The translations under genes and the position numbers were made by a program. Below, in pieces: positions 1 through 9,940 of a stretch of 64,000 bases of DNA. How positions within the stretch are numbered: position 1 is the stretch's first letter; the number at the start of each line of letters is the position of its first letter. The DNA is taken from assembly GCA_051003195.1 (NCBI GenBank), contig JBPCLP010000024.1, positions 32,001-96,000 of the forward strand, given 5' to 3'. This DNA comes from Candidatus Sumerlaeaceae bacterium. Its GTDB lineage: Bacteria; Sumerlaeota; Sumerlaeia; Sumerlaeales; Sumerlaeaceae. The notes below the pieces were generated by a model. The model was not told the DNA's origin, did no database searches, and was given only the letters and a program-made list of their open reading frames with translations.

Positions 1-2
1 TC

Positions 3-821
3 ATGCAAACCGCCCCCGAAAAATTTGAGAACGTGATCAGCAACATTCACCTGATGCACGATCACCTCGTGACCGAGGGCCGCCGCGACGAAACGCAGAT
101 TCAGACACAATTCTTTATCCATCGTTCGACGGTTGAGTCGATCCCGGGAATGGTAGAACTCGCAAAAAAACTGCCGGTCGATTCTGTCACCTTCAAAGCC
201 ATTGGTTTCATTCCTGACGAGGAAGTTATCCAACAGGACCAGCTTCCGCGCCTGCGCGAATTGATCCAGCACGCTGCGGATGAAATCGCGAACGACATTC
301 CGCTGCCGCTCGATTTCGCATTGGCCGGCCTCCAGCCATTTTGCGAGGATGTGCTTGAGCGACGGCACAACGTTCCGGCCGGAGGACGCCACGTTGACCA
401 CAATATCGAGTACTGCTATATCGCGTGGTACAGCACCACCATCCAGGGCAGCGGCGATGTTCACGCGTGTTGCCACTTGATGCCTGCCCCCGAGATTGAG
501 CCACTTGGCAACGTGAACCGGCAGCGGATTAGCGACATCTGGCGCGGTGAGAATTACACGCAGCTTCGCCATGAGATGCGCACCGCGATGCTGATGCAGG
601 CCAAGACACCCTTTCAGCAGCGACGGTTCCGCTGCACAGTGCCCGCATGCTGGGAGCACGACCAGTGCCCGCTTTCCCATATGATGGCGAGCCAGGATTT
701 CTATCAGCGGGCGCACCAGCAGTTACAGGGGCTGCGCCGGAAACCCATAACACTTGCTGCGCGCTACGCGAACCGCGCATCACGCCATGTGATCGAAAAA
801 GCAAAGCCACTGCTGAAGTAA
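3..821 (+). CDS. Radical SAM protein, C-terminal part with SPASM/twitch iron-sulfur domain (5' end probably outside the window)
   Basis: YCYIAWYSTTIQGSGDVHACC...LGNVNRQRISDIWRGENYTQLR...C..C....C matches the SPASM pattern. The CxxxCxxC radical SAM motif is not in the window. Confidence 0.8.
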   Translation: MQTAPEKFENVISNIHLMHDHLVTEGRRDETQIQTQFFIHRSTVESIPGMVELAKKLPVDSVTFKAIGFIPDEEVIQQDQLPRLRELIQHAADEIANDIPLPLDFALAGLQPFCEDVLERRHNVPAGGRHVDHNIEYCYIAWYSTTIQGSGDVHACCHLMPAPEIEPLGNVNRQRISDIWRGENYTQLRHEMRTAMLMQAKTPFQQRRFRCTVPACWEHDQCPLSHMMASQDFYQRAHQQLQGLRRKPITLAARYANRASRHVIEKAKPLLK

Positions 822-887
822 ATCCACCCGCTCCTGCGGACAGGTCGGGTTTACAATCGAAACGGCCCGCGAAATTAGCCAATCCCT

Positions 888-2033
888 TTATCGGCTCAGC
901 AGATGTTTCTCCACTTCGCGCGCCAGCTCCTTGCTGGGCGCGACGGTACGATTGGCCAGCACCAGCACCGTTAATCCCTTGTCGAGCACATGGCGCACGC
1001 AATGCATGAAGCCCGTGCTGCTGCCCGGATGGTAAGCGACACGCAAGCCTACTTCATTGCTTTCCAGGCGCCAGCCGATACCATACGGAATTTCACAGGT
1101 CTCGTCCGACAGCTCTCCGCCTGCATCCCAGCATGCATCGCTGCGATTTGACCCGCCTTGGCCAATCTGTATGGCCGGCTCGTTCATGTCGACGGGAAAC
1201 CAGAAGCGGTCGGTCTCCGTCGCGGTACCCTTTTTAAGCAGGTGGCCTGGTGTCGTCATTTCCTGCACGACGTTCAAAGGCAGCACCTGACCCAACCAAT
1301 ATGCGCGGTCCCATTTTAGATAATCGTCTGCTGAACAGTAAATGCCGCCATCGCCGAGAACCTCACTGGTCAGGTTCTGATCCGCCTGGACAAAACTGTT
1401 GTCAGGCATCCGGCGGTAGCCATACGCGCGGTACGGAACGTCCGGTTTAACTACTTCATGGCGCACAACTGTGTCGATCATTCCAAGCGGCCGGAAAATC
1501 AGGTTCTCGAGCGCCAATGAAAATGGCGAGCCGGTAATACGTTGCACCAGACATGCGAGTAGAGCATAACCCGTATTGCTGTAACGAAACTGCGTGCCCG
1601 GCGCAAAGTATGCCTTCTCGTGCGCAGCGGTAATTTTAAGAACGTCCTCATCCGACACCGCTTTTTGCAATCCAGCCGGCAAATGATCCTCGTAATCCAG
1701 TAGTCCGCTGGTGTGTTGCAGCAGGTGGAAAATCGTGATCTTCTGGTGTGGCCGCGTGCTGAGTTCCGGTAAATACTTGGCGATCTGCTCCTCCAGCTGC
1801 AGTCGGTTCTGCTGGCGAAGCAGAAGTATTGCCGCAGCGGTGAACTGTTTTGTTACCGACGCGAGGCGGAATGTCGTTCGAGGCGTAATCTTCTCACCGG
1901 TTTCGAGATTTGCCAAACCGCGGCACTCCAGTTCCTCGACTGTGCCATTGCGCGCGACCATCAGACACGCACCAGGTTCATCCTGTTTTGGGAATGCTGC
2001 GGAAAGAGCGGCGTTCATTCCAGCCTTCAGCAA
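888..2033 (-). CDS. Serine hydrolase, beta-lactamase class C / D-peptidase family
   Basis: SxxK (ASVTKQF), LLQHTSGL, YxN (FRYSNTGY) and HPGS motifs. Confidence 0.9.
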   Translation of the reverse strand: MLKAGMNAALSAAFPKQDEPGACLMVARNGTVEELECRGLANLETGEKITPRTTFRLASVTKQFTAAAILLLRQQNRLQLEEQIAKYLPELSTRPHQKITIFHLLQHTSGLLDYEDHLPAGLQKAVSDEDVLKITAAHEKAYFAPGTQFRYSNTGYALLACLVQRITGSPFSLALENLIFRPLGMIDTVVRHEVVKPDVPYRAYGYRRMPDNSFVQADQNLTSEVLGDGGIYCSADDYLKWDRAYWLGQVLPLNVVQEMTTPGHLLKKGTATETDRFWFPVDMNEPAIQIGQGGSNRSDACWDAGGELSDETCEIPYGIGWRLESNEVGLRVAYHPGSSTGFMHCVRHVLDKGLTVLVLANRTVAPSKELAREVEKHLLSR

Positions 2034-2051
2034 GAAGTTGCGGAATCACTG

Positions 2052-3080
2052 TTAAAACAGATAATGCCTGTCCAGTATTAAGTTCGGCAGCAATTGCGAA
2101 TTTATACGATCGAATTCTGGGCCAATGACACTGCTGAAGCTTTTCCATTCCTCAATCGCGCTGGCAGGGCTGGGAATAAGCTGACTTGCGTACGTATCTT
2201 CAAAGTGGGCCATTTCCGCCGTAGAAACGGCCATCGAATTTCCACTCCACGAATACGTGCAGAATCCGGCGAAGTTGGCGTTTTGAATGGCTTGGCCGCG
2301 GGTAAGGATTACCAGGTCCCAATCTGCGTAGCTGACACCCGCGCGCCCCCAGCCTGTGCCCGCAACAGTGTGGCCGAAGTGTTCGAAAAGGAAGATGCGG
2401 CCCACAGGTACGCCACGCGCCAGGTAACTGGTTTTCGAGCTCTGGTACTGCGACTGACACCAGTTGACGGAGTAGCCGCTGTTCTTCACCTCTTCGCCGC
2501 TAAGGTAGTTTTCGACCCCGATGTAGAGATTGTTCAGGGCGGTCAGCTTTTGCCAACTCGCGTCATTGGCGCCGGGATTTGAGAAAGGGCTGGCAAGGAT
2601 CACCTTAAAACCATAATTCACTGTCAGGCTGGTCATTAAATCGATGACCCACGTTCGATACGTGGCAGTGCCCGGCCAGAGCCCCGCGGAAATTTCGTTC
2701 ATCACGATCCAGTCGGGGCGACTGCCATACGTTGTGAAACGGCTCAGCGAATACTGCTGCACCTCTGCGGCTTTCTGGGCAGGCGTTTTATAGGTGTAGC
2801 TGGTGTTAAGGTCATTATGATAGATAGCCAATCCATTATTGTTTGCGGTGATCTGCGCGCGCTTGTCGTCCGTCCCCATCGATAGATAATGGCGATGCGT
2901 TGTGTAATTGAGATGATCAAAATTCATGTCACAGAAATTCTGCTGGTTGCTCGTGCAGCCGCAGCAATAAGTGCCCACGTCGAAACGCATGGCGATGCCG
3001 CTTTGTGCGAACAACATTTGTGGTAAATACGTGAGGCAGACGCCAATCAGGACGCATCGCAAACGGGAGATAAATATCAC
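2052..3080 (-). CDS. Secreted hypothetical protein, possibly a glycoside hydrolase-like TIM barrel
   Basis: Long ORF. Start moved to the in-frame GTG at 3080 to avoid overlapping the upstream gene, which gives a signal-peptide-like N-terminus ending MLFA-Q. Contains WIVMNEIS and IGVENY motifs, and ASAIEEW near the C-terminus. Confidence 0.6.
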   Translation of the reverse strand: MIFISRLRCVLIGVCLTYLPQMLFAQSGIAMRFDVGTYCCGCTSNQQNFCDMNFDHLNYTTHRHYLSMGTDDKRAQITANNNGLAIYHNDLNTSYTYKTPAQKAAEVQQYSLSRFTTYGSRPDWIVMNEISAGLWPGTATYRTWVIDLMTSLTVNYGFKVILASPFSNPGANDASWQKLTALNNLYIGVENYLSGEEVKNSGYSVNWCQSQYQSSKTSYLARGVPVGRIFLFEHFGHTVAGTGWGRAGVSYADWDLVILTRGQAIQNANFAGFCTYSWSGNSMAVSTAEMAHFEDTYASQLIPSPASAIEEWKSFSSVIGPEFDRINSQLLPNLILDRHYLF

Positions 3081-3169
3081 GAACGCATTAACGCTTCTGG
3101 CGCCATGATCCCGCAAGCGGAAACCTGTTTCGCTTTTCCATACTCTATCAATAGAGTAGATAACCCACG

Positions 3170-3700
3170 TCAAGTCGGGGTATAGCGGGCCTTCTCGATT
3201 TCCTGTATGATATCGAGGTGGTGCTTTTGATGAATCTTTAAAAACCGCAGCCACTGGGATGGTGTGAAATCTCCGAGAACTGGATGCGTCGTACGATGTT
3301 TGGATACCTTAACGTCGTCCAGCCGCGAAGCCACACCATCAATTCTTGTTTTCAGTCGCTCCAGACGCTGGCGCAGCAGCTCCGTTTGCGTGCCGCGTGG
3401 CAATGTAAAATCCGGCGCCTTACCTTTTCCGCGTGGAATACGATGCAGTGTGAGTATGAGCCGGCCAATGGGTTTAAGTTTACCCTTCGTAACCTGCTGC
3501 TCAGGTGGCAACCCCACGGAGCTTTCAATTCTCGTGAGCATCACTTCGCCGGCAAGTGCGAGGTGCTCGATATGCTGCTGAACCGACCACTGGGAACTTC
3601 GTGCGGTCGTGCGAAGGCGCGATTCGTCTGAAGCGATGGCACATAACTCCTCAAGCTGCAGAAAGGCAGTGCTACAGTACCGCGCCAGGCTCGCCGTCAT
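3170..3700 (-). CDS. DinB/YfiT-family protein
   Basis: WSVQQHIEHL ... HPVLGDFTPSQWLRFLKIHQKHHLDII histidine pattern. ATG at 3700 chosen as start. Confidence 0.85.
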   Translation of the reverse strand: MTASLARYCSTAFLQLEELCAIASDESRLRTTARSSQWSVQQHIEHLALAGEVMLTRIESSVGLPPEQQVTKGKLKPIGRLILTLHRIPRGKGKAPDFTLPRGTQTELLRQRLERLKTRIDGVASRLDDVKVSKHRTTHPVLGDFTPSQWLRFLKIHQKHHLDIIQEIEKARYTPT

Positions 3701-3808
3701 GGACGCAAATGCCTCATTAACCCCAGCAGCCAAACACCGGGAGCGCACTCAATCGAAAAAGGGGTATATACGCTGGACAACCCCGGCCAGCCAACTAATG
3801 TCCATAAT

Positions 3809-4069
3809 ATGAGAGCGCATTGGGTTCCTATATCCATCTTATGCATCAGTATGCTGGCGGGATGTGAGAACGAGCAGCAAACGAAAAGCCGTCCGGCAAA
3901 GCAGGGGGCGACGACTTCCAGTTCAGAGCGACAGGATTATCTAAGCGTAGCGTTCCGGGCTAAAAGAAGCGCTGAGCGACAGCTCGGGGAAGTCCAAAAG
4001 GAGCGAAAAGAGCAGATTCGCGAGGAGAAGGCCTTCGACCGTCCAACCTCCGCCGAACCCACTCCCTGA
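3809..4069 (+). CDS. Small hypothetical lipoprotein
   Basis: Hydrophobic N-terminus with lipobox LAGC, followed by a charged helical tail. Confidence 0.7.
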   Translation: MRAHWVPISILCISMLAGCENEQQTKSRPAKQGATTSSSERQDYLSVAFRAKRSAERQLGEVQKERKEQIREEKAFDRPTSAEPTP

Positions 4070-4160
4070 TCCAGGTGGCTAATTTCCTTAAACCTGGCAC
4101 GTTCGGCCCTGATATTGCGAACAATAGCTCCCGAGCGAGAGATCGTAGAAGGAGTTCGCG

Positions 4161-5723
4161 ATGTCTGGGGCCGTTGCACGGATGCTGGGATTAGCAACCG
4201 GAATGCTGGGGATTGGTGGCATGCCTCTGTGTGCCGCCTCTCCGGACTGGGTATTCGATTCATACATCCGGGTACCGTTTCGAAATACGCTTTTTCTGGC
4301 TCAGGATGCGCAGGGTAGCCTGTATGCCACAACATTTAACAACTCGCCACACGCCGAGACAGTCGCCGCGTTTAAAATATCGGACCCAGCCAGTGCTTCG
4401 CCCCAGGTGATGCCGTTCGACCACGTGCAAGTGCCAAGTTTCCGCGGTTACTCAGGTCTGGCCGTGGATGAGGCAGGAAACGTCTACCTCTCAATTGACC
4501 AGGGAGACAGTGCCCTCTCCTACGTTAAAAAGCTCTTACCGAATTTCATGGCTGATCCCGAGTTTGGAAGCAATGGAGTCGTTTCTGAACGCGACGTACG
4601 ATTTCAAGGCCTGGCGGTCGCCCCAAACCGCCTGATCGTGGCACAGAGCTGGGGCAGGTTCTCCATCCTCGACATAAAAACCGGCAGAACAATCGGACAG
4701 TCCCGGCCCAGTAACTCGCCCTCTCCCGTAACAATTCGCGACATCGCTTTTGTTCCCTCAACGCAGGAAATTCTCGGCATAGATCGCGACACCGTTTATG
4801 CGTTCACTGGTGGCACGTTGGACAATCCCGCTGGCTATGTACTGAAGTCACTTGTGCCGGGCAGCGGCAGGCAAACTGCCGGGCAGGCAATTTTTTATCA
4901 CCCGTCCGACGACCGCATTTACTACACGCGGACCGGATTGGGACATTTGGGTACGGCAACAAAATCGAGCCCCAGTGCGGAAGTGGTCGAAACTGTCGGG
5001 ACGGCGCCTGGCGGACCGCTTGCCCAACCCGCGGATGCCGTGGTATCGCTGGATGGACGTCAGCTCTATGTGACCGACCTCCGCGCGCCCGTGATTATGC
5101 GTTATCGCTCCAATATAAACGGCAGCGATTGGGCCGCCGTCAGTTCGCCGCCGGCAACAGCGATGGTGACCGGTGCCATCTTCACGGCACCCCTTCCCGA
5201 GGCTTCAGCCTCTCTGTCTGCTGGAACGAGCATGGCGGCACTGGACGGCACGCCTATAATGGCTGGTGGCGCTGCGTCAAACGGCACGCCGCAAGGCGGA
5301 GAATCGAATATGGAAAATCCGAGCGCACCCATAGTCACTCCGTCGCAAAGTGTGCCGGTGCAGCCGAAAGTGCCTTCAGCCGGGGGAGCTATTCAGTGGG
5401 AGACGGGGGATTTACGACGTGTGTTGAGTAAGGCGTTTGCTTCCAAGCAGCGGTTGGTAGCATTTTTTACTTCACCGGACTTTCAACTCGCAAGAAAAGT
5501 CGAGGCCGAGGTATTTGAAACGCCCGGACTGGCTGCACAATACCCGGACGCTATCTGGATGCGTCTGACGCTGGGCATCGACCGCGCAGATGTAGAGCGG
5601 TACGGAGTTTTCCGGGTACCCACCGTGATTATATTTTCGCCCACGGGCCAGGAAATCAAGCGCCTGAGCGGAGAATTTAATCTCGAGGATTTTGCGAAAG
5701 CATACGCATCCGTAGGCGAGTAG
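4161..5723 (+). CDS. Secreted beta-propeller (NHL/SMP-30-like) protein with Pro/Ala/Ser linker and C-terminal thioredoxin-like domain lacking CxxC
   Basis: Repeats such as GLAVDEAGNVY and DAVVSLDGRQLYVTD. C-terminal IQW...LVAFFTSPDF...YGVFRVPTVIIFSPTGQEIKRLSG is a thioredoxin-fold signature. Confidence 0.7.
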   Translation: MSGAVARMLGLATGMLGIGGMPLCAASPDWVFDSYIRVPFRNTLFLAQDAQGSLYATTFNNSPHAETVAAFKISDPASASPQVMPFDHVQVPSFRGYSGLAVDEAGNVYLSIDQGDSALSYVKKLLPNFMADPEFGSNGVVSERDVRFQGLAVAPNRLIVAQSWGRFSILDIKTGRTIGQSRPSNSPSPVTIRDIAFVPSTQEILGIDRDTVYAFTGGTLDNPAGYVLKSLVPGSGRQTAGQAIFYHPSDDRIYYTRTGLGHLGTATKSSPSAEVVETVGTAPGGPLAQPADAVVSLDGRQLYVTDLRAPVIMRYRSNINGSDWAAVSSPPATAMVTGAIFTAPLPEASASLSAGTSMAALDGTPIMAGGAASNGTPQGGESNMENPSAPIVTPSQSVPVQPKVPSAGGAIQWETGDLRRVLSKAFASKQRLVAFFTSPDFQLARKVEAEVFETPGLAAQYPDAIWMRLTLGIDRADVERYGVFRVPTVIIFSPTGQEIKRLSGEFNLEDFAKAYASVGE

Positions 5724-5779
5724 TCACGCCAACACTTTTTCGCTGACATGTCATTCTGCCGGCGCGCAGTTCGTGCCGT

Positions 5780-7372
5780 ATGTCTGCGCAGATGAGTTCG
5801 CTTAGCCGGTATGAAGAACTAAAAGCCCTGCTGCGCGGTGAGTCTTTTTGTATTGCGGAAAACGCAGAGAGTCTCCCGCAGGAATTGCCGCCATTCGATG
5901 AGCGGCTGGTGCAGGCAATCTGGCATGAACAGCTCGTACATGCGGACAAACTTCAAACGGTGTCCGGCAAAACCATACGTGTACTGGACCCGGGCCAGTG
6001 GAACGGCGAACGCGGGCCAGACTTCAAATCAGCCGATCTGGAGATTGCCGGGCAGCGGCTGCGCGGTGATATTGAAATCCATGTGCATGCATCCGACTGG
6101 GAGCGCCATAATCACCAACGCGATTTCGAATACAACCGCGTCATCCTGCACGTAGTATTGCACTGCGATAATGGAGCCCCGACCGACCTGCTGCACAATG
6201 CGCAGCAGGTGGATAGGCTGGAACTTGCGCCGGTGCTGAACCCGGACCTGGACACGATTCGCCGCTCGCTGGCTGGTGAAGACTTTATGTTCGCGGATCG
6301 CAGTGACAACGCCGCCACATCATGCCATCATTCGGTCGCACGCGTGAACGAGGAACTGCTGCGCGAGTTTTTCCTGGAAGCAGCTCATCAGCGGCTGGAA
6401 AGCAAGGTTGCGCGTTTTCAGGCGCAGCGCTCGGGCGAATCCCTCGACCAGGTGCTCTACCAGGCGATCATGACGGCGATGGGCTACAAAGGCGGCAAGA
6501 CGCTGTTTTTCCTCCTCGCAAAAAGGACACCGATCGAAGAGCTGAAGGATTACCATCGCGATACTCCGCTGCCGGAACTTCCGATCGCACTGGAGGCACT
6601 GCTCCTGCATGTGGCCAACCTGGCGGCGCCCTCCGCGAAAACGCTCGGGGCTCCCGGCGACATGCTGGAGGACAGTTGCGAGTCGCCACTGCTGGATGCC
6701 GATACGCTCGTTTATGTGGATCGACTGCATGGTTACTGGCATCTCTTATCGGGATATTTTCAGGACCGTATCATTCCGCCCACACGGCGCTGGTTTGGCA
6801 GTGTACGTCCTGTCAACTTTCCAACGCGGCGTATTGCCGGTGTTGCGCGCCTTCTCACAAATTTTGACTTCCGGCGCGGCTTTGTGGCCAGTTTTGCACG
6901 GGCGGTAAGAGACGCCGCTGCGCGCCAGCCGAAAAGTTCCCGTGATTTCAAACGGGAAATCATGCAGCTGGGGTTGCTTTTCTCCGCGGAGGGCGAATCG
7001 TACTGGAGCACCCACTACACATTGGGCGGGAGACGGGCTAAGAAACCGATGCAGCTCATCGGGGAGGAGCGAGCCCTGTCGGTTCTCTACAATGCTCTCT
7101 TACCGATCTGTATATTGTACGCGCGTGAAGAACGCGATCCAGCCCTTGAAAAATTCCTGTGGCGGTTACACGAACACTTCCCCGCGCTTCCAGAAAATGC
7201 CATCACGCGCTTCATGCGTCACAGGCTTTTCGGCGAAACCGGCCCTCCAGCCGGCCTGAATTTCCGGTTCGAGAAGCATAACCAGGCACTGTTCCAGGTT
7301 TTTCATGAATGCTGCAACAATGCGGCGTTGACCTGTGAGGATTGTATCTTTGCACGGCGAGCCGCTGAATAA
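5780..7372 (+). CDS. DUF2851-family protein
   Basis: LVQAIW, PGQWN..GPDF, GDIEIH...DW..H.H...YNRVILHVV, RPVNFPTRRIA and a C-terminal Cys cluster. Confidence 0.85.
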   Translation: MSAQMSSLSRYEELKALLRGESFCIAENAESLPQELPPFDERLVQAIWHEQLVHADKLQTVSGKTIRVLDPGQWNGERGPDFKSADLEIAGQRLRGDIEIHVHASDWERHNHQRDFEYNRVILHVVLHCDNGAPTDLLHNAQQVDRLELAPVLNPDLDTIRRSLAGEDFMFADRSDNAATSCHHSVARVNEELLREFFLEAAHQRLESKVARFQAQRSGESLDQVLYQAIMTAMGYKGGKTLFFLLAKRTPIEELKDYHRDTPLPELPIALEALLLHVANLAAPSAKTLGAPGDMLEDSCESPLLDADTLVYVDRLHGYWHLLSGYFQDRIIPPTRRWFGSVRPVNFPTRRIAGVARLLTNFDFRRGFVASFARAVRDAAARQPKSSRDFKREIMQLGLLFSAEGESYWSTHYTLGGRRAKKPMQLIGEERALSVLYNALLPICILYAREERDPALEKFLWRLHEHFPALPENAITRFMRHRLFGETGPPAGLNFRFEKHNQALFQVFHECCNNAALTCEDCIFARRAAE

Positions 7373-7444
7373 CCCTGACTTAGCCCCTCGGCACAAGCGT
7401 TGCTCTTATGTCACATGTGCGTATTCGCATGGAAGGAGAACATC

Positions 7445-7972
7445 ATGGAAAACAAAGAACCTGGCATTACCGGATTACACTGCAGTACCCAAAGGGGGAG
7501 CTTGGGAAGCGGCTCTCGTTCGCAGGATTCGATTGGTTCGAACCAATCGCATTCTACGACATACCGGGCGACGATTCGAACCCCGATCGACAGCAGCCGA
7601 ATGGATCCGAGCATGAATTCTTCGCTGACCGCACTGGAAGGCGAGGAGACCACGGGCACGGGCAAGCTGTCAAACCTGACCGACCGTGCTAAAGAGATGG
7701 CCGGCACCGCAGTGGGCAGCATGCTTGGTGTCGCAGACACCTTGAAAAGCCGTGCATCTAACCTTGGTGAGCAGATTGGTGACATGAGCACATCGGCAAA
7801 GGAAGTCTTGCTTGATCGCACCCATAGGGTAACGGACCGGGTAAAGAACTTCGATTACGACCATGTAGTTTCCGACACCCGCACGATTCTCGGATCGGAT
7901 CCAGCACGCACCATGTTAATTGCAGGCGGAATAGGCCTCGCGCTCGGGTTCATGATGGGACGTAAACACTAG
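7445..7972 (+). CDS. Tail-anchored YqjD/ElaB (DUF883)-like protein
   Basis: SD GGAAGGAG before the ATG at 7445. Helical body and C-terminal TM DPARTMLIAGGIGLALGFMMGRKH. Confidence 0.7.
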   Translation: MENKEPGITGLHCSTQRGSLGSGSRSQDSIGSNQSHSTTYRATIRTPIDSSRMDPSMNSSLTALEGEETTGTGKLSNLTDRAKEMAGTAVGSMLGVADTLKSRASNLGEQIGDMSTSAKEVLLDRTHRVTDRVKNFDYDHVVSDTRTILGSDPARTMLIAGGIGLALGFMMGRKH

Positions 7973-7991
7973 AGGATTGAGTCTTAACCAG

Positions 7992-8018
7992 GAGCGGGTT
8001 TCGGCCCGCTCTTTTTTT
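7992..8018 (+). terminator. Rho-independent terminator
   Basis: GAGCGGG-TTTCGG-CCCGCTC hairpin followed by T7. Confidence 0.85.
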
Positions 8019-9216
8019 ATGCTCCGCGCGTGGCGCGCGCAAGTAGCCGCGCAAAACCTGGCGCCAGTTGCAGAACGCGAAGGCTTCCGTGTGCCACATC
8101 CGGGTGAAAAAACAGCGACTGCAAGCCCCTGCCTAACCATAGCCGGTCACGATAGCGGTGTTTCCACCAGGTTGCCCATTGCCGCGCAATGGATGCATGT
8201 GTGGCATGCGACCATGCATTGTTCGTCTGTTTGAATTCGCCGATAATCAGTTCTGCCAGGCGTACTCCTGATTCAATTGCCATAGCCTGTCCATCGCCGC
8301 ACAGGGGTGTGATCATGCCGGCAGCGTCTCCCACAAAGCAGATATTTCCGATCGCGAGCTCTTTAGTCTTAAAATCAATTTGTGCAACACTTTGAACGCT
8401 TTCCTGCAGTGGTTCAAGCCCTTCCATTCTCTTACCAAACGCAAGGTGTCCGGACGAAAACCGCTGGATGAGATCGGGCCATTTGCCTTTGTCGCCAATC
8501 ACATCTCTTCGCAACAGCATGCACACGTTGAACAGTCCGCCCTCAATGCTGCAAATACCGCAATAGCCGCCCGCAAAGCCGTACATCTCGCCGGTGTCGA
8601 TTAACTCCACCGGGAGGCTGCTCGCTTCACGCAACCGGTGGTGAAGTTTAAAAGCCACGTGTCCGTGTGACCGTTCGATGAACGTACGCCCAAGCGTCCG
8701 GTCCAGGTGCGAGTAACGTCCGTATGCAGCAATGACGAAATCAGCGGTCAACTCGTTCTGAATCGAGCCCCTGGCAGTTTTGCACAGCATCTGCACGCTT
8801 GCCATTGTGGCATCTCCCGACGCCGGCGTGAGCTTCTGCACTTCGCAGCTTGCGTAAATGTCCACACCGCTGGCCACAGCGCGCTGTACCAGCGTTACGT
8901 CCAGCAACCGGCGGCTTATGCCCATGGCGGGATGGGGAAGCGGTATTGTCAGCGCAGCGCCACGATGGCTGACGAACCGCATCTGCCTAATCAATGGTGG
9001 TGCATGTGCGGCGAGCGCATCGATACAATCGAGGTGGGCTAAAAGCCTCTGTGATTCACCGCTGAGGAACTCTCCGCATAACTTATCCCGAGGAAAAGAA
9101 TCGCGGTCGAGCAGCGCCACTTTCCATCCGGCCTTTGCCAATACAATCGACGCGGCGCTTCCAGCCGGACCGGCCCCGACCACCGCGACGGAATAGTGCT
9201 TGGTCGGCGTGCTCAA
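8017..9216 (-). CDS. FAD-dependent oxidoreductase (geranylgeranyl reductase / flavoprotein monooxygenase-like)
   Basis: GAGPAG, FPRDKLCGE and VGDAAGMITPLCGDG motifs. The TTG start at 9216 overlaps the upstream stop (TTGA). Confidence 0.9.
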   Translation of the reverse strand: MSTPTKHYSVAVVGAGPAGSAASIVLAKAGWKVALLDRDSFPRDKLCGEFLSGESQRLLAHLDCIDALAAHAPPLIRQMRFVSHRGAALTIPLPHPAMGISRRLLDVTLVQRAVASGVDIYASCEVQKLTPASGDATMASVQMLCKTARGSIQNELTADFVIAAYGRYSHLDRTLGRTFIERSHGHVAFKLHHRLREASSLPVELIDTGEMYGFAGGYCGICSIEGGLFNVCMLLRRDVIGDKGKWPDLIQRFSSGHLAFGKRMEGLEPLQESVQSVAQIDFKTKELAIGNICFVGDAAGMITPLCGDGQAMAIESGVRLAELIIGEFKQTNNAWSHATHASIARQWATWWKHRYRDRLWLGRGLQSLFFHPDVAHGSLRVLQLAPGFARLLARATRGA

Positions 9217-9926
9217 ACTCGCTGCTCTCCGGTTCGAGCGGTCAGCAACCAGCGAAAAGCCCAGTGCCACGAAACGGAGACACCCTGCAGGCCCGCTTCG
9301 CTCGATAGCCCTGACAGCTCCACGCGTGTAAATGCACGCGCCACGGACAAAGGAGCGTCATTATGAATGATGGCGCTTCGGCTGAAAATCCTCGTGAGCA
9401 CTCCGATCGAATAGTACGCGAACCAGTGTCGATGCAGATCGTTTACGATAACTCCATAACGCGAAAGTTCTGACATCCTGCAGAGCAGCTTAACGGCTTC
9501 AGCATCTGACGAAAAATGATGTAGAACCAGCGCACAATGCACGACATCGTAGCTGCATCGTGAAGCGACGGAAAACACATCTTCCTGATCAATTTTGATT
9601 TCAGGAAAATCGCTGCATGCACGTGATGCCGATGATGCGCTAACACCCGACAGCTCGATGCCGCGAAGTTCTGCCTGAACGCCGCGCATCCTCGCCCATT
9701 TTGCAACCTGGCGTAAGGTGTCCCCGTTGCCACAGCCGACATCCAGCATCGAGAACTTCCGTGTATTTTTTGGAAGAAGATCCGCAAGGCCTTTGATGGA
9801 GGGATCATAGCCGTTAAGCAGCCGATTGATCCATTCCAGATCCTTTAACGCATGTTCCAATGCATACGGATCCACGTCCGGCGCGTCCATCAGCTCTGGT
9901 CCGCTGGCGCGGCAGCGCAGTTTCAT
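9213..9926 (-). CDS. Class I SAM-dependent methyltransferase of the type III PKS cluster
   Basis: ELMD, LDVGCGNGD, LHHF, VNDLHRH and DAPLSVARAF motifs. Confidence 0.9.
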   Translation of the reverse strand: MKLRCRASGPELMDAPDVDPYALEHALKDLEWINRLLNGYDPSIKGLADLLPKNTRKFSMLDVGCGNGDTLRQVAKWARMRGVQAELRGIELSGVSASSASRACSDFPEIKIDQEDVFSVASRCSYDVVHCALVLHHFSSDAEAVKLLCRMSELSRYGVIVNDLHRHWFAYYSIGVLTRIFSRSAIIHNDAPLSVARAFTRVELSGLSSEAGLQGVSVSWHWAFRWLLTARTGEQRV

Positions 9927-9940
9927 TGTCTACAGAAGTT

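Noticed and set aside
3..821. RiPP maturase cluster around the radical SAM/SPASM gene
   Set aside because: The gene is truncated by the window edge, and no precursor peptide or transporter is visible downstream.
888..2033. Antibiotic-resistance beta-lactamase
   Set aside because: SxxK/YxN motifs are shared by many esterases and peptidases. No signal peptide, and HPG rather than KTG.
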